Assembly: GCF_026571515.1 (NCBI RefSeq) | Contig: NW_026852332.1 | Coordinates: 310,001-374,000 of the forward strand | DNA length: 64,000 bases | Reading direction: 5' to 3' | DNA from: Ruditapes philippinarum | Lineage: Eukaryota | Shown: piece after piece, positions 1 to 12,535 of the stretch | Numbering within the stretch: the stretch's first letter is position 1 | Layout: each line of letters opens with the position of its first letter | Translations under genes and position numbers: made by a program | Notes under the pieces: generated by a model | Database searches by the model: none | What the model saw: only the letters and a program-made list of their open reading frames with translations | What the model was told of the DNA's origin: nothing

Positions 1-390
1 ATATTTTGTCCAAGAAAGGCCCTATCTATTTAAACATAGCAAACCTTTTTAACAGATGATATTGTAAATTTTGAATGAAACTCATGTGTCTTAAATGCAA
101 AAAAATAAAGTGAAGAGTGAAAGAATTTGAATTACAATTTTAATTAAAAAAAGGTGAAATATTCAAAAGACAATGTCAACAAACATAAAACTTAAAATTT
201 TTTGTAAAAAAATAAAAAAAGTTGCAATAGATTGTAATGAATGTGTTTTAAAATTCAATGTATTGTGAACAATATGAAAGTATCTCATTTTTTAAAATAA
301 AGCCATCCCAAATATACATTCACTTCACCTGGAATATACATGAAAAAAAGAAATACTTTTGAAAAAATGGACAGAAAAAAACTAACGATC

Positions 391-905
391 ATGACATGAA
401 TTATCACTTACTTTACCATTAAGATCACTACATCATCAAAACATTAACTATCACTACATCATTATGACATGAATCATCACTTACTTTACCATTAAAATCA
501 CTACATCATCAAAACATTAACTATCACTACATCATTATGACATGAATTATCACTTACTTTACCATTAAAATCACTACATCATCAAAACATTAACTATCAC
601 TACATCATTATGACATGAATTATCACTTACTGTATCATTAAAACCACTTCATCATCAAAACATTAAATATCACTACATCATTATGACATGAATTATCACT
701 TACTTTACCATTAAAATCACTACATCATCAAAACATTAACTATCACTACATCATTATGACATGAATTCATCACTTACTTTACCATTAAATCACTACATCA
801 TCAAAACATTAACTATCACTACATCATTATGACATGAATTATCACTTACTTTACCATTAAGATCACTACATCATCAAGAAACATTAACTAAAACATTATG
901 ACTAT
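391..905. repeat. Minisatellite, 73 bp unit, about 7 copies
   Basis: atgacatgaat recurs at 391, 464, 537, 610, 683, 756 and 829; internal atcactacatcat subrepeats. Confidence 0.95.
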
Positions 906-2208
906 CACTACAATTTAAATACATGCTAAAGTTAAGTGTCTTGAACATTGACTTACAAGTTTAACCTCTAATACGTGATTGTGTAATACATTTATAATAA
1001 GCGCATTCCTTGAGCTGTTAAGTTTTTCCACATATCCTTTTTTTTAAAATTTGACTACAATTTGAGCTGATCATATCAAATTTGTCATGACATATAGCAT
1101 CTAAGGGAGACAACCTATTAACTATTAATTCATTCCCATGCATTTACATCTCAATCACTGGAAAGACCTTTTGGTTTTTAGAAAAAAATTTATTTTCAAA
1201 AATAATTAAAAAATTGGAAGCCACAGAATCTATTGTAACTGAAGATAGGTAATGAACATGTGAGTCTAAGGTAATAGACCTCTTAATCTTGTGACTTTTA
1301 TCAAAATGGGTCTTATGCAAGTTTAAGTTATTTGCAAGACATAATTTATGGTATATATTCAAATGTTTAGACTTTAGAGAAAGGATGGCAATATATGAAG
1401 TGCAATATATATTCTGGTGCATAGTGTGTTACACCCATTTACCAATTGCTAAAAAATCTTAAATGGACTTGTCAATCTGTAAACCTGGACAAAACCATTT
1501 ATCTTATTTTTTTTTTTGGAAAATTTCAAAATGAATAATGACTGGATAGCAAACAGTGCAGATATGATTCAGACATCACAGATGTGCCAGCTGGTCTGTT
1601 GGTCTGCACCAGTTGAATAGGTAGCACCATTTGCTGCTAGCAGGTTATGGGTTCAAGTACCCTAGATGTCTGTTATACAAAGCAACAACTTAATCTCAGA
1701 GTAAGACTTAGCACTGGACTCCCTTTCCAGCACAAGACCAAACTAGCTCATAGTTACACTCATACCCAGCTGAGTTTTCTGTAAAGTCAAGCTCGACATC
1801 CAGTTTTCATAATTTACTGAAAGTTGGTCAGCCCTAGTCTGACAAAAAATTATATAAATTTTTTTGCAGTTTTCCATTCCATCATTGTATAGCTATAATG
1901 AATATTAATGTTAATATTACCATAACAAAATTCAGCATAGATTATCTATTCTAGAAAGCTATACATGTACTATTAAATGCCTTAAAAGCATTAGTGTGCA
2001 TCTTTTGTCATCCCCCATGTTTTTCATAACATAATAATCTATATACATGTATAAATTTCCTATGCATCTTTAGACTACATATTTTAGCAATCCCAAATTT
2101 TATTGCATATTCCCCAATGCAATAACTATTGACATTGATTAGGATCTGTCACTCTGCATCATTTTGAGTAGATCTAAAACACTGCCCCTCATATGAATCA
2201 AATGAACT

Positions 2209-3630
2209 AACAAGAGCACCGCTAGGCGGAGCATTATATGCCCGAAAGAGATTTTTTTTTTTTAGTAAAGATGAAGCATTTGTAAGACATGGGAGTAAAA
2301 TAAAGTATTACCTCCTTCAAATAACTATGCTCCTTTAAAGTTTCAATATTGTGGTCCAAATGGAACTTTAAGTTATGCCCCAGAAACTGTTTTCAATTCT
2401 AAGGTAAAAGTGACCTTGACCTTTGACCTTGTGACCCCAAAATCATTAGGGGTCTTCTACCCAATATGGACAATCATACTATGAAGTTTAAACACAGTAG
2501 GCCAAATGATACTTAAGTTATATTCCGAAAACTGTTTTCAGTTTTAAGGTAATAGTGACCTTGACCTTGTGACCCCAAAATCAATAGGGGTCTTCTACCC
2601 AATATGGACAATCATCCTATGAAGTTTGAATATTGTGGGCTAAATGGAACTTAAGTTATGCTCAAGAAACTGTTTTCAATTTCTAAGTAATAGTGACCTT
2701 GACCTTTGACCTTGTGACCCCAAAATCAATAGGGGTCTTCTACCCAATATGGACAATCATCCTATGAAGTTTGAACACTGTGGGCCAAATAGAACTTAAG
2801 TTATGCTCCGGAAACTGTTTTCAGTTTTAAGGTAATAGTGACCTTGACCTTTGACCTTGTGACCCCAAAATCAATAGGGGTCTTCTACCCAATATGGACA
2901 ATCATCCTATGAAGTTTGAACACTGTGGGCCAAATGGAACTTAAGTTATGCTCCGAAAACTGTTTTCAGTTTTAAGGTCATAGTGACCTTGACCTTTGAC
3001 CTTGTGACCCCAAAATCAATAGGGGTCTTCTACCCAATATGGACAATCATCCTATGAAGTTTGAACACTGTGGGCCAAATGGAACTTAAGTTATGCTCCG
3101 GAAACTGTTTTCAGTTTTAAGGTCATAGTGACCTTGACCTTTGACCTTGTGACCCCAAAATCAATAGGGGTCTTCTACCCAATATGGACAATCATCCTAT
3201 GAAGTTTGAACACTGTGGGCCAAATGGAACTTAAGTTATGCTCCGGAAACTGTTTTCAGTTTTAAGGTCATAGTGACCTTGACCTTTGACCTTCTGACCC
3301 CAAAATCTAAAGGGGTCTTCCACCCAATATGGACAATCATCCTATGAAGTTTGAACCCTGTAGGCCAAATGGAACTTAAGTTATGCTCCGGAAACTGTTT
3401 TCAGTTTTAAGGTCATAGTGACCTTGACCTTTGACCTTCTGACCCCAAAATCAATAGGGGTCTTTTACCCAATATGGACAATCATCCTATGAAGTCTGAA
3501 TATTTTGGGCCAAATGGAACTTAAGTTATGCTCCGGAAACCAAATTGCTAACGGACGGACAGACGGACGGACGGACAGACGCCAGGGGGTATAACATAAT
3601 ATGTCCGAAATTCTTTCGGGCATATAAAAA
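2209..3630 (-). mobile_element. Non-autonomous Helentron/HINE-like element with internal 145 bp tandem array
   Basis: Subterminal inverted repeats tatatgcccgaaag / ctttcgggcatata, GGAC microsatellite, terminal hairpin near 2216-2233, and about 8 copies of a 145 bp gtgaccttgacc unit. Confidence 0.85.
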
Positions 3631-4635
3631 TAAGTATTACAAAATCTGTCAGAAGAAGGCAAGAGCAGCTCTTAGTTTATTACAATATTTTCTCATTAGT
3701 TAGTACTAACTTTTTATTAACCTATTCTTTAAAAAAATATTGTTGCAATTTATGTCACACTTTCACAGTATTGATTTCCAGCTTAACTGGTGGAGGAAGT
3801 CCTCAGAACTGGTGCACTTTTTGTGCTCTATTCAAGGCACTTACGCACACCTGAGTGTAAACACTAATATTCCCTAAACAGGCATGAATCCAAAGTCCCT
3901 ATCAGGATTCAAACCCATAGCCGTGAGGGACAAGTGGTTTGAAGTCAACGCCATAAACCACAAGGTTCATATGTCAAATGTCAATAGTTATTACACTAAA
4001 CTGTCTACAGCTAATATAAAATTCATCATTATTTTTAACTGAAAGCTATTGGGTGCCCAAATTAAACCAAAGCCCCCACAATACATGTAGGGCCTATTTT
4101 GGGCTTACCTGCTTTCCTAGGTTTAAAGGCATCTATAATGCAAAAATAAAATCTCTAATATTTATCATCATAAACAAAGAGATCATTTTGCTCCTCAAGA
4201 ATGCTTACAATTGTTGTTATAATGTTGTTTTCATTGTTGTTCTTCTTTTAAATAAGTATAGGATAAATAAGTAAAGTGAACAAGTTTTAAATATTATAGT
4301 TATTACTTATAAATAAAAAAAATATTCAAAATAAAAATTAAGTAAACTTAATGCAAAAACCATGATTACATGCATGTATGTTGTTAATTTTTATGATTCT
4401 TGTTTTACAAAAACAGTAAAAAATATAGCCTAATCAAATGCACACTGGTTTACATTAAATTTCATAACTCAATCAGAATTGATAAACAAGACCTAATTTT
4501 TGTACCTAGATAAAGAACCATTTTTAAGCTTAAATCAATTCCACATCCATGACACTATTCTAATAGTTCTAATTTGACAGATTGGGGTCATGCAGACATA
4601 TATGTATTGCAATAAAAATATGCAAGGTATGAATA

Positions 4636-4888
4636 TGTTTGTTTGATTGGGTTTTATGTCACACCGGCACAAAGTAGGTCATACATGTATGGCGACGTTC
4701 CAGCTTTAGTGGTGGAAGACCTCATGTGCACAAACAGGCACATTAGTAGAACCACCGATGTTCCGTAAGCTAGCTGGAAACCTTCATTACATAAAAGACT
4801 CTGAAGTCCCTGCTGGAATTCGAACACACAGTGATGAGGGGCAAGTGGTTTGAAGTCAATGACCTTAACCACTCAGCCATGGATGCCC
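4636..4888 (-). mobile_element. tRNA-derived SINE
   Basis: On the minus strand: A-box-like TGGCTGAGTGG, B-box GTTCGAATTCC, body with CTTCCACCA..AAAGCTGG, (AAAC)n tail. Related copies at ~3750-3965, 32095-32240 and 50005-50225. Confidence 0.8.
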
Positions 4889-4984
4889 AGAGGTTTGAAT
4901 AATATCAGGTATGTTACAAGCCAAGTCAGTCAAATGGTACAAATCATGTTATAAAAATTACAAATGGTGTCAGTAGGTTTTTTT

Positions 4985-5450
4985 TACAAATAATGTTAGT
5001 AGTATCATACAAATGTCAGCAGTATTATACAAATAATGTCAGCAGTATTATACAAATAATGTCAGTAGTATTATACAAATGATGTCAGTAGTATAATACA
5101 AATAATGTCAGTAGCATTATAGAAATTGTGGCAGTAGTATTGTGCAAATAATGTCAGTAGTGTGTTACAAAAATGTCAGTAGTGTTATATAAATAATGTC
5201 AGTAGTATTAAAAAAATAATGCCAGAAGCATTATACAAATAATGTCAGTAGTATTATACAAATAATGTCAGTATTATTATACAAATAATGTCAATAGTTT
5301 GTTACAATACACATGAGTAGTATTTGATTAATTATGTCGGTAGTATCTACTAATGATTTCAGTAATATTTTAAAATTAATGTCAGTAGTGTACTACAAAT
5401 GATGTCAGTAATATATATTAGAAATCATGTCAGTTGTTTGTTACAAATCA
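4985..5450. repeat. Minisatellite, 23 bp unit (caaataatgtcagtagtattata)
   Basis: Direct inspection; about 20 degenerate copies. Confidence 0.9.
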
Positions 5451-5859
5451 TGCCACTTAATTTTCGACAATGATTCAGAAGACTGCTTTCATTCCCATCA
5501 GTAATAAATCATAATATATAAATAATTATTAAGTTAAACGAAAAAATAAAAATCAATGTTCAGAATATCTAGTATATCCCACAGATTATTTCTATAAAAT
5601 AACTACAAATGCAATTTTTCTACAAGGTTCCACTTGGGTAAGACTTTTAAAGTCATTTTCAAACATATTCTATGTTGTACCTTATAACACTAAGAAATTC
5701 AAAACTTGAATGCCCCCTAAAGTCAGAACTTACCTCAAGTTTGGACTTCAATTGCTTTCATTTAGAAGTAATGGAATGTATTAAATTAGCACACTCTTTT
5801 TCTATTAATAAAGCTAATAACAATAAAATTGCTTCGACAAAAAAATCATAGAATTATAC

Positions 5860-6310
5860 ATTATTGCCCTGATAACAAACTGTAGAAGCTCTGATAACAA
5901 ACTGAGGAATTATATATTTTTGCCCGGACAACAAACTGTAGAACTATTGCCCCGACAACAAACTGTAGAATGATTGCCCTGACAACAAATTGTTGACTTA
6001 TTATACTGACAAAAAAAACTGTAGAATTATTGCCCTGACAACAAACTGTAGAATTATTGCCCTGACAACAAACTGTAGAATGATTGCCCTGACAACAAAT
6101 TGAAGAATTATTATACTGACAACAAACTGTAGAATTATTGCCCTGACAACAAACTGTATAATTATTGCCCTGACAACAAACTGTAGAATGATTGCCCTGA
6201 TAACAAATTGTAGAATTATTATACTGACAAAAAACTGTAAAATTATTGCCCTGACAACAAACTGTAGAATTATAGCCCTGACAACAAACTGTAGAATTAT
6301 TACCGACCAT
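5860..6310. repeat. Minisatellite, 27 bp unit (attattgccctgacaacaaactgtaga)
   Basis: About 16 copies; explains the GNNSTVCCQ ORF. Confidence 0.92.
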
Positions 6311-7367
6311 AAATCATAGTAATGAGATATTATTTAGACAGTCAGATGTCACACATGTTAGAATCTTAACATGCAAGATTTAATAAAACACTTTGTGGCT
6401 ATCTAAAAACAAGCAAGGAAACCCGGACTTTTTCTAGATTAGGAACATTTGAGAAATTCATAAAAGTAAAAAATGCTGCCTGATATTTAATTTTCGATTT
6501 TATTCATGTGCATGATCATGAAACCTGTATTTATTTTAGTCTCTGATTTACATTCTCAGGAGTCCAAACAGCTTTATTTTTCAGCCCCTGTTTAGGTTTT
6601 TTTTTACAAATTGTAAAAAAGAGACTAGGTTAGATTTGAAATGGGGACTTATATCAGCCCCTGATGTTGAAGCAAAAAGTCCTAGATTTTCAAACTTTTC
6701 TTGTACTTTTTTATTCTTCTTGTGTCTTGACAGACTGTAGGGCTTTAAATATTAGCCTACTGTAAAATTTGATGTTTTGTAAGGTCAAAATCAACATTTA
6801 AGACTTATTGGCAATGGTTATATTCATATGATACTCAGATAAATAGCAAACATTTATTTTGGCAAAGAAATAAATTTCAGAAATAGCCAGATTTGATCCC
6901 TCGATAAAATTTCTGATTTTTCAGTAGTTCTTTATAAATAAAGTATACCCATCTTATTCACTGCAAAGATGCAAAATAATCTTACTGTAGATGAGATGAA
7001 ATTTCGTTCAATCTTAAATTTGTGGATTGACCTACCAGTACCCACGAAAACCACGAAAATTAGTTTCCCACAAATAATACTGATTTTGCAGTATATAAAG
7101 TCCATTATGTTAATTATCTTTATTTCATTAAAAGAAAACATACAAATGTAACTACATTAAATATTAAACAAGTATATAAAGATGATATAAATTGATAGTA
7201 TATCACTATATTAGCATGCATAAATCTAATTCAATCTACAAAATGGGTTCAAGCAAATTATCTTATATCGACATTACAAATTACAAAACATATAGGTGTA
7301 TATTAAAGACATCTAGCATATACAATGAAAACAATCTATCGACACTGTGAGAGTTCTCTCCCCTTAC

Positions 7368-7458
7368 CTGTGAAACTGTTTGTTCCCCAATGGGTATATC
7401 GTCTGTTTTTATTGCAACTTTAGATACAATGCTGGAGCTGTCACAATCCAAAATAATT
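7368..7458 (-). CDS. COPZ1: Coatomer subunit zeta, internal coding exon (IILDCDSSSIVSKVAIKTDDIPIGEQTVSQ)
   Basis: 91 nt exon, TAG acceptor, GTAAGG donor; ends in the conserved EQTVSQ. The canonical last exon (…KWSLL) was not found in the window. Confidence 0.93.
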
Positions 7459-8107
7459 CTAAAAAAAGAAATTATCTATTTATCATTTCTATTATTTTAG
7501 ATACTCAAACTGATAAAAAAGGCCTTATACTGCTAAAACTGGAAATGATTAGACCTCACAGTCTGTGTAGTCTGACTTGACTTCAGACCTGACCAGACTA
7601 TATACAGTTGGTAATTCAATTTTCATATTTTGATTTTGAAATCCCTTTAACTTCAAATGGACTATTCCAAATTCAAAGCAGGGCCAATCCATTACACAAA
7701 TTACATTTGAGAAGAATTTTGCATACAAAATAATAAATACTTTTGGTGGAATTTAAGAAAGAGTAATAAATTTAAGTCACAAGGTAAACTTTTTGCTTTC
7801 ATGGCAAAAAAAGGAAATTTGAGTTGTTTTCGGTACAGTAATATTCTAATATATGCTTTCTAATTCATAGCCTTAATTGGTAGTTTTTACTCACTATTAA
7901 AATAACAAGATTGAAGCCATTCAAACAGGCATTTAGATAAAACCCTTTGTATACACATTTTTACAACATAAGGAAGGTTCAAATTTAGTGAACCATATAA
8001 TATATGGTTTATAGTATTATATTTGTTACACCAACAGCGAACAGTGAACAGTGCACTGAACATTCAATATACTTCAATGCAATTAACGAAGATCACTATA
8101 AATTTAC

Positions 8108-8241
8108 CCTCCATCACAAATTTCGTCCATAACTAGGAATCCAGCATCCATATTTTCTAACAAAGCTCTTTTTTCAACATTTCTTCTCAATATCTGACAT
8201 ATAGAGTCGTAAAATGCATTCAGAACACTGGCTAGAATAAG
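8108..8241 (-). CDS. COPZ1: Coatomer subunit zeta, internal coding exon ([45 protein letters not shown])
   Basis: 134 nt exon, CAG acceptor, GTAAAT donor. Contains [10 protein letters not shown] and DEI.DGG motifs. Confidence 0.95.
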
Positions 8242-8482
8242 CTGAAACAAAAACAGTCAATTTCAAACTTCATAACATTTGGTTTGAAGGTCATATTAAC
8301 AATAAGAAGGTCATATAGAGACATTCTAAGTATACCAATCAAAGAGAATCGCGCTTTGTAAGATTCTGTTCATTGTTCACTGTTCAGACTCACAAGCACT
8401 GTTAAGGTAATACTTCAACAGTTAACTTTTACCATTGAAAGAAGGCCCTATGAAACCCTGTATAAATTGTTCCGGCTCATCA

Positions 8483-8640
8483 GCCGTCCGGTTAGCTCAG
8501 TAGGTAGAGCATTGGACTGTGAAACAGGCGACCCGGGTTCAATTCCTGGACGGTGCAGATCACTTTCGTTTCAAAGAAGTTAACTGCATTATCAGATTAA
8601 TATATTACTGCTTAAAAATAAGAAGATAAGACGTATAAAT
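8483..8640 (+). mobile_element. tRNA-derived SINE or pseudo-tRNA (GTG anticodon-like loop) in a COPZ1 intron
   Basis: TAGCTCAGTAGGTAGAGC A-box and GGTTCAATTCC B-box are present, but the anticodon and acceptor stems are mispaired. Confidence 0.7.
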
Positions 8641-9097
8641 TGAGAAATTTCATTCATGATGTCACAGAATATTTTATGCTGCAAGATTTTTGTTCAACAT
8701 TTTTTTTATACATTATCTTCTTCTTAAATATGAACTTCTATATCAGATATCAACTTAATATTCTTATCACATCTATTCAAATTTGTTGAATATCTATACC
8801 TACAGCCAAGCTAAATATGTGAAGGTGCAATCACAATTTAACAGCATCAATAAATATCCATTTAAAATATCATAACTTTAAAGTCAATACTCTATTAAAA
8901 ATACAATACAAATGGATAATATGCATTAAAAAAACCTGGCTCCAAGGTTAAATTATCATCTTTGCAAATTAAAAACAGCACAAACATATATTTACAGATA
9001 GATACTGCACCCCACACATGTAGTACTATGCTAAACCAAAAGTTACCTTTAAGTCATACAAAAACCAAATCTGAAAACATTTTATGAATTGACATAC

Positions 9098-9189
9098 CTC
9101 ATTTTCATTGGTACTGCCAACAACATAAAAGAAGAGATCTACATTACTTCTATATACACAAGTCAATCCTTCAAACATGATAATTTCAG
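9098..9189 (-). CDS. COPZ1: Coatomer subunit zeta, internal coding exon ([31 protein letters not shown])
   Basis: 92 nt exon, CAG acceptor, GTATGT donor; lies within ORF 9026..9211. Contains the zeta-COP motif DL.FYV.GS..ENE. Confidence 0.95.
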
Positions 9190-9765
9190 CTGAAATACAA
9201 AGTAAAAACATTTATCAACTCTTGGGACATTATTACAAATATGCATTAAATGATGACAATATGATATTTACCTTCAAAATTATATTCAAAGGTGTTTTCT
9301 CTGTTTATTTAGGTTTTGAGCATTGATAAGTTTAAGAACCTATGGTGACTTTCCAGCTTTTATTCCAGCTTTAGTGGTGCAGGAAGACTGCCAAGCATTC
9401 AGGCAAAAGCAGGTTGAATACAAACTATCTTACATGTATGTGAAGAATATATGGTTCACTCTGGGGTATTTTATGACAATTGAATAATTTCAATAAAATC
9501 TATGATTTCCATATGAAAGTCACATTAAATGTAGTTTGATAACTTGCAAAATTCAAACTAACCTTTTTTAGTATGTTACAACGCTTAAGCAACTCAGATT
9601 GATTTATCATGTAAGTAACGTATAGTAATCTAATAAAAATTTCTAGGAAATGAGCGAGTTATTCTCTTGCCTGGGTTATATCACACTCAAATATATTGTT
9701 AAAAGTTGTATTCCTACTAGACTGCAGTCAGTGTAAGTGTGAAATACAGCTTTATGCAAAAAGAG

Positions 9766-10119
9766 CAGTGTTTTTTTCTTTATATAACTACTACCCTAAA
9801 ACGGTACTGTTCCCAATACAATATAGACATTAAAATTCCCAATTTCCAATGTTTAAATTCCCAAAATGGTTGTTCAAAATTTCCACAAGGCCAAGTGATT
9901 TCTCTGAAATCATTTAAATCGAACATATTCATTTAAATCACCACACAATAGTTCTACCTGGACAGTGGAGGCTGTTAGCTATCTTTATTCATGATTTCTA
10001 ATATTATTTGTAGCTGAAAAAATGCATTAAAAAATTTCCCAATTCAAGTCAAAATATCGCATTTTTTCCCAATCAGTCTGGTACCAGCACCATTGCCAAG
10101 GTAGAGAAAAAAAACACTG
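9766..10119. mobile_element. MITE with CAGTGTTTTTTT terminal inverted repeats
   Basis: cagtgtttttttt at 9766 and aaaaaaaacactg ending 10119; ttccc(a) subterminal repeats. Confidence 0.65.
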
Positions 10120-10320
10120 AAGAAGGATGTTATCCTCTTAAATAGCATGCCAATATAAATTCTCTTTCTATTATGTACATTCTTTCACAATTGTGACGTA
10201 CATGTAACAACTTCGGAACTGCGGAAAAACTGATCTTGAAGTATAAATTTCTTCAGTATGAGAATGACAGTTTTTTTCATCAGATCATTAATTTCATAGA
10301 TATAAGATAAACCCACTTAC

Positions 10321-10402
10321 CGTTTGCTCTATGTGTTTTATTGAACAGGTTCTTTTCGAATGTCTTCTGTTCTTTTGCTGATGGAAATTGATCATCAAAG
10401 TA
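10321..10402 (-). CDS. COPZ1: Coatomer subunit zeta, internal coding exon ([27 protein letters not shown])
   Basis: 82 nt exon, TAG acceptor, GTAAGT donor, phase-compatible with neighbours. Contains the zeta-COP motif KEQK.FEKN.FNKT. Confidence 0.95.
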
Positions 10403-10924
10403 CTAAAAGAGAAAATATAAACAATGAGACCATACACCATATTTGTTGGCTGTGTAAGTATTTAAAAATTATTGGTACTGCAAAAATAGTCACATAAAAT
10501 CAAAAATCAAGAACAAACTGAACCAAAACAAATCAAAACTGTGTTAATCTATTCATGAAATCTATTCAGTTTCAAATTTATAATAAGTTTAACAAAAACT
10601 ATAACAATAAGGGAAATGAAAGTATGAGCATATAAATATTATTTCAAATGAATTTATTATATTTCGGTCAACAAATAACTTCCATTATCAGGACCATTTA
10701 ATTCATGCTGTTTAGGACCTAGGGTATCTCTCTGTGCAACAAATTGGGACTTGCAAGACATGAATTCCTGCATAATTTTAGGAACCTTCTCTCAATTGAA
10801 CTTATTTGAATTTGCCACTACTACTTGTACTACTATAATTATACTACCTTAAGTCTACCAGGATAAGTATATAAACAAAAACTAAATTTACACTAAATGA
10901 TACTTATTAGCTCTTCGTTCTTAC

Positions 10925-10993
10925 CTTTGCCATTAGTCTGTTTCCATCATTATCTAAAATCATGATGGCTTTTACAGAGTACAAAGATGGTTC
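10925..10993 (-). CDS. COPZ1: Coatomer subunit zeta, internal coding exon (EPSLYSVKAIMILDNDGNRLMAK)
   Basis: 69 nt exon with CAG acceptor and GTAAG donor. Hand translation matches the conserved zeta-COP N-terminus (EPSLY.VKA..ILDNDG.R..AK). Confidence 0.95.
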
Positions 10994-12319
10994 CTGCAAG
11001 ATAAAAAGAGTATACATGTTTTGCATCACATGCAAACTACCAAGTTAAAAGGTAATCAATTTTTTATTGCTTGAATTGGTCTTTTTATGTATTGGGTTTT
11101 TAGGCACAATGATACTATAAACTGGAGCTTAACTTAACCTTGCCAACAAATTGACCAACATCTATGTAATATCAGTTTGTAAAATTGGAGTCCAGGAGGT
11201 GTAAAGTCTTGCAAACATAATATTGAGACTTAACTTAACCATGCTTACATTTACTTATACTATTGGACTTTTTCTCCTTTCATATCTTATTGTTCAACTA
11301 AAAAATTCCATAATTCACAATAATATATATTAAATAAATACCCATGTACAGACGGCATGTTTTATCAAAATAAAATTAGTTCAAGTTAAATTTCATGAAA
11401 TTCTTCACAGACACTGAATATTAAAAACTAAAAGTATTATTTATTACAAGAATTAGTTTTAAATTTTTGCTTATATTAGTATGAGACAGTTAAGTGTCTA
11501 ACACATAAACAAGTTTGAATAGAATTTCATAACATTTTAATAAAGTCAATTTTTTACCAACGCTTGAATTTCCTAAACATACCAAGCTTCGAAATATAAA
11601 CACAACTGACCTACATGAATTTCAAGCTTTTATATTATCGCATGCCATTTCTTTTTTGTGTAAATCAGTCGAGGTATATATTCTTCTAATAAATAAACAT
11701 ATGTTACTATCCGATTGTACCTTTCTTCCAAGCTTTGCACATTTACTTAAATTTTCTTAACCGTGTCACATGTTTGTTTGCGAATTCATGACAACTGGAA
11801 TGTTTCCCCAACGTACAGCGGAAAAATCGTAGGGAAACAGAAAATTTCGTATAGAAAGTTTAATGAATGAAAATGTACGTTGTTATCGTCTCACACACCT
11901 ACGCATGGTCTTTTTTTTCGGTAAACAATAAAAAATATAGAACAATTTTATTTCTTTTTTACGATAAGATTTTTACATTTCATTTTACTTGAATTATGTT
12001 TCTTTATAATTTCACATGGTTATCAAACTGGCTGGATGAAATTCCTCCGGATGTGATGATTCCGTGTAAACAAATGCACATGTTTTATTCGTTAGATAAT
12101 TATGTCTGGTTCTCTGCATTAAAATGAAAGCGCAAAACAGTGCTGAAACTCATTCCAGTCGTCTCACATCAAAGGAAATTGTACGTTGTTATCTTTTTGA
12201 AATTATGATATTTTAGGGACTTTTTTTAAACGTCAAAATAGCGGAAAACAAGTTTTATGTTCAAGACATGTGACCAGGTCGTAATAATATGCAAAATATT
12301 TTGATGTAAGGTTTGCCTT

Positions 12320-12535
12320 TGTTTTGTTTGTTTGTTTCATTTTACGCCTTTTCCCAACAGTATTTCAGTCATATAGGCGGGTAGTTTCCTAACCATCGTT
12401 CCTGGAGAGTTACACCAGTACTAGACTACCTTCCTCCGCGCTAAACTTCCAAAGCATCACCCGGGGATCAAACCCACGCCAGAGAGGTAACTGGATTAGA
12501 AGTCATTGACTCTAACAACTTGACCACAGAGGCGG
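12320..12535 (-). mobile_element. tRNA-derived SINE, degenerate
   Basis: (tttg)n tail on plus strand; minus-strand head TGGTCAAGTTGTTAGAG…GGTTTGATCCCC. Confidence 0.6.

Noticed and set aside
5861-6310. 149 aa Cys-rich ORF
   Set aside because: Translation of a 27 bp intronic minisatellite.
8486-8557. Functional tRNA-His(GTG)
   Set aside because: Anticodon stem (ttgga/acagg) and acceptor stem are mispaired; better explained as a SINE head or pseudogene.
10994-11017. COPZ1 start codon at 11017 (MYTLFILQ-EPSLY)
   Set aside because: The extension is the intron's polypyrimidine tract and CAG; the start is more likely on a separate short exon that I could not identify.
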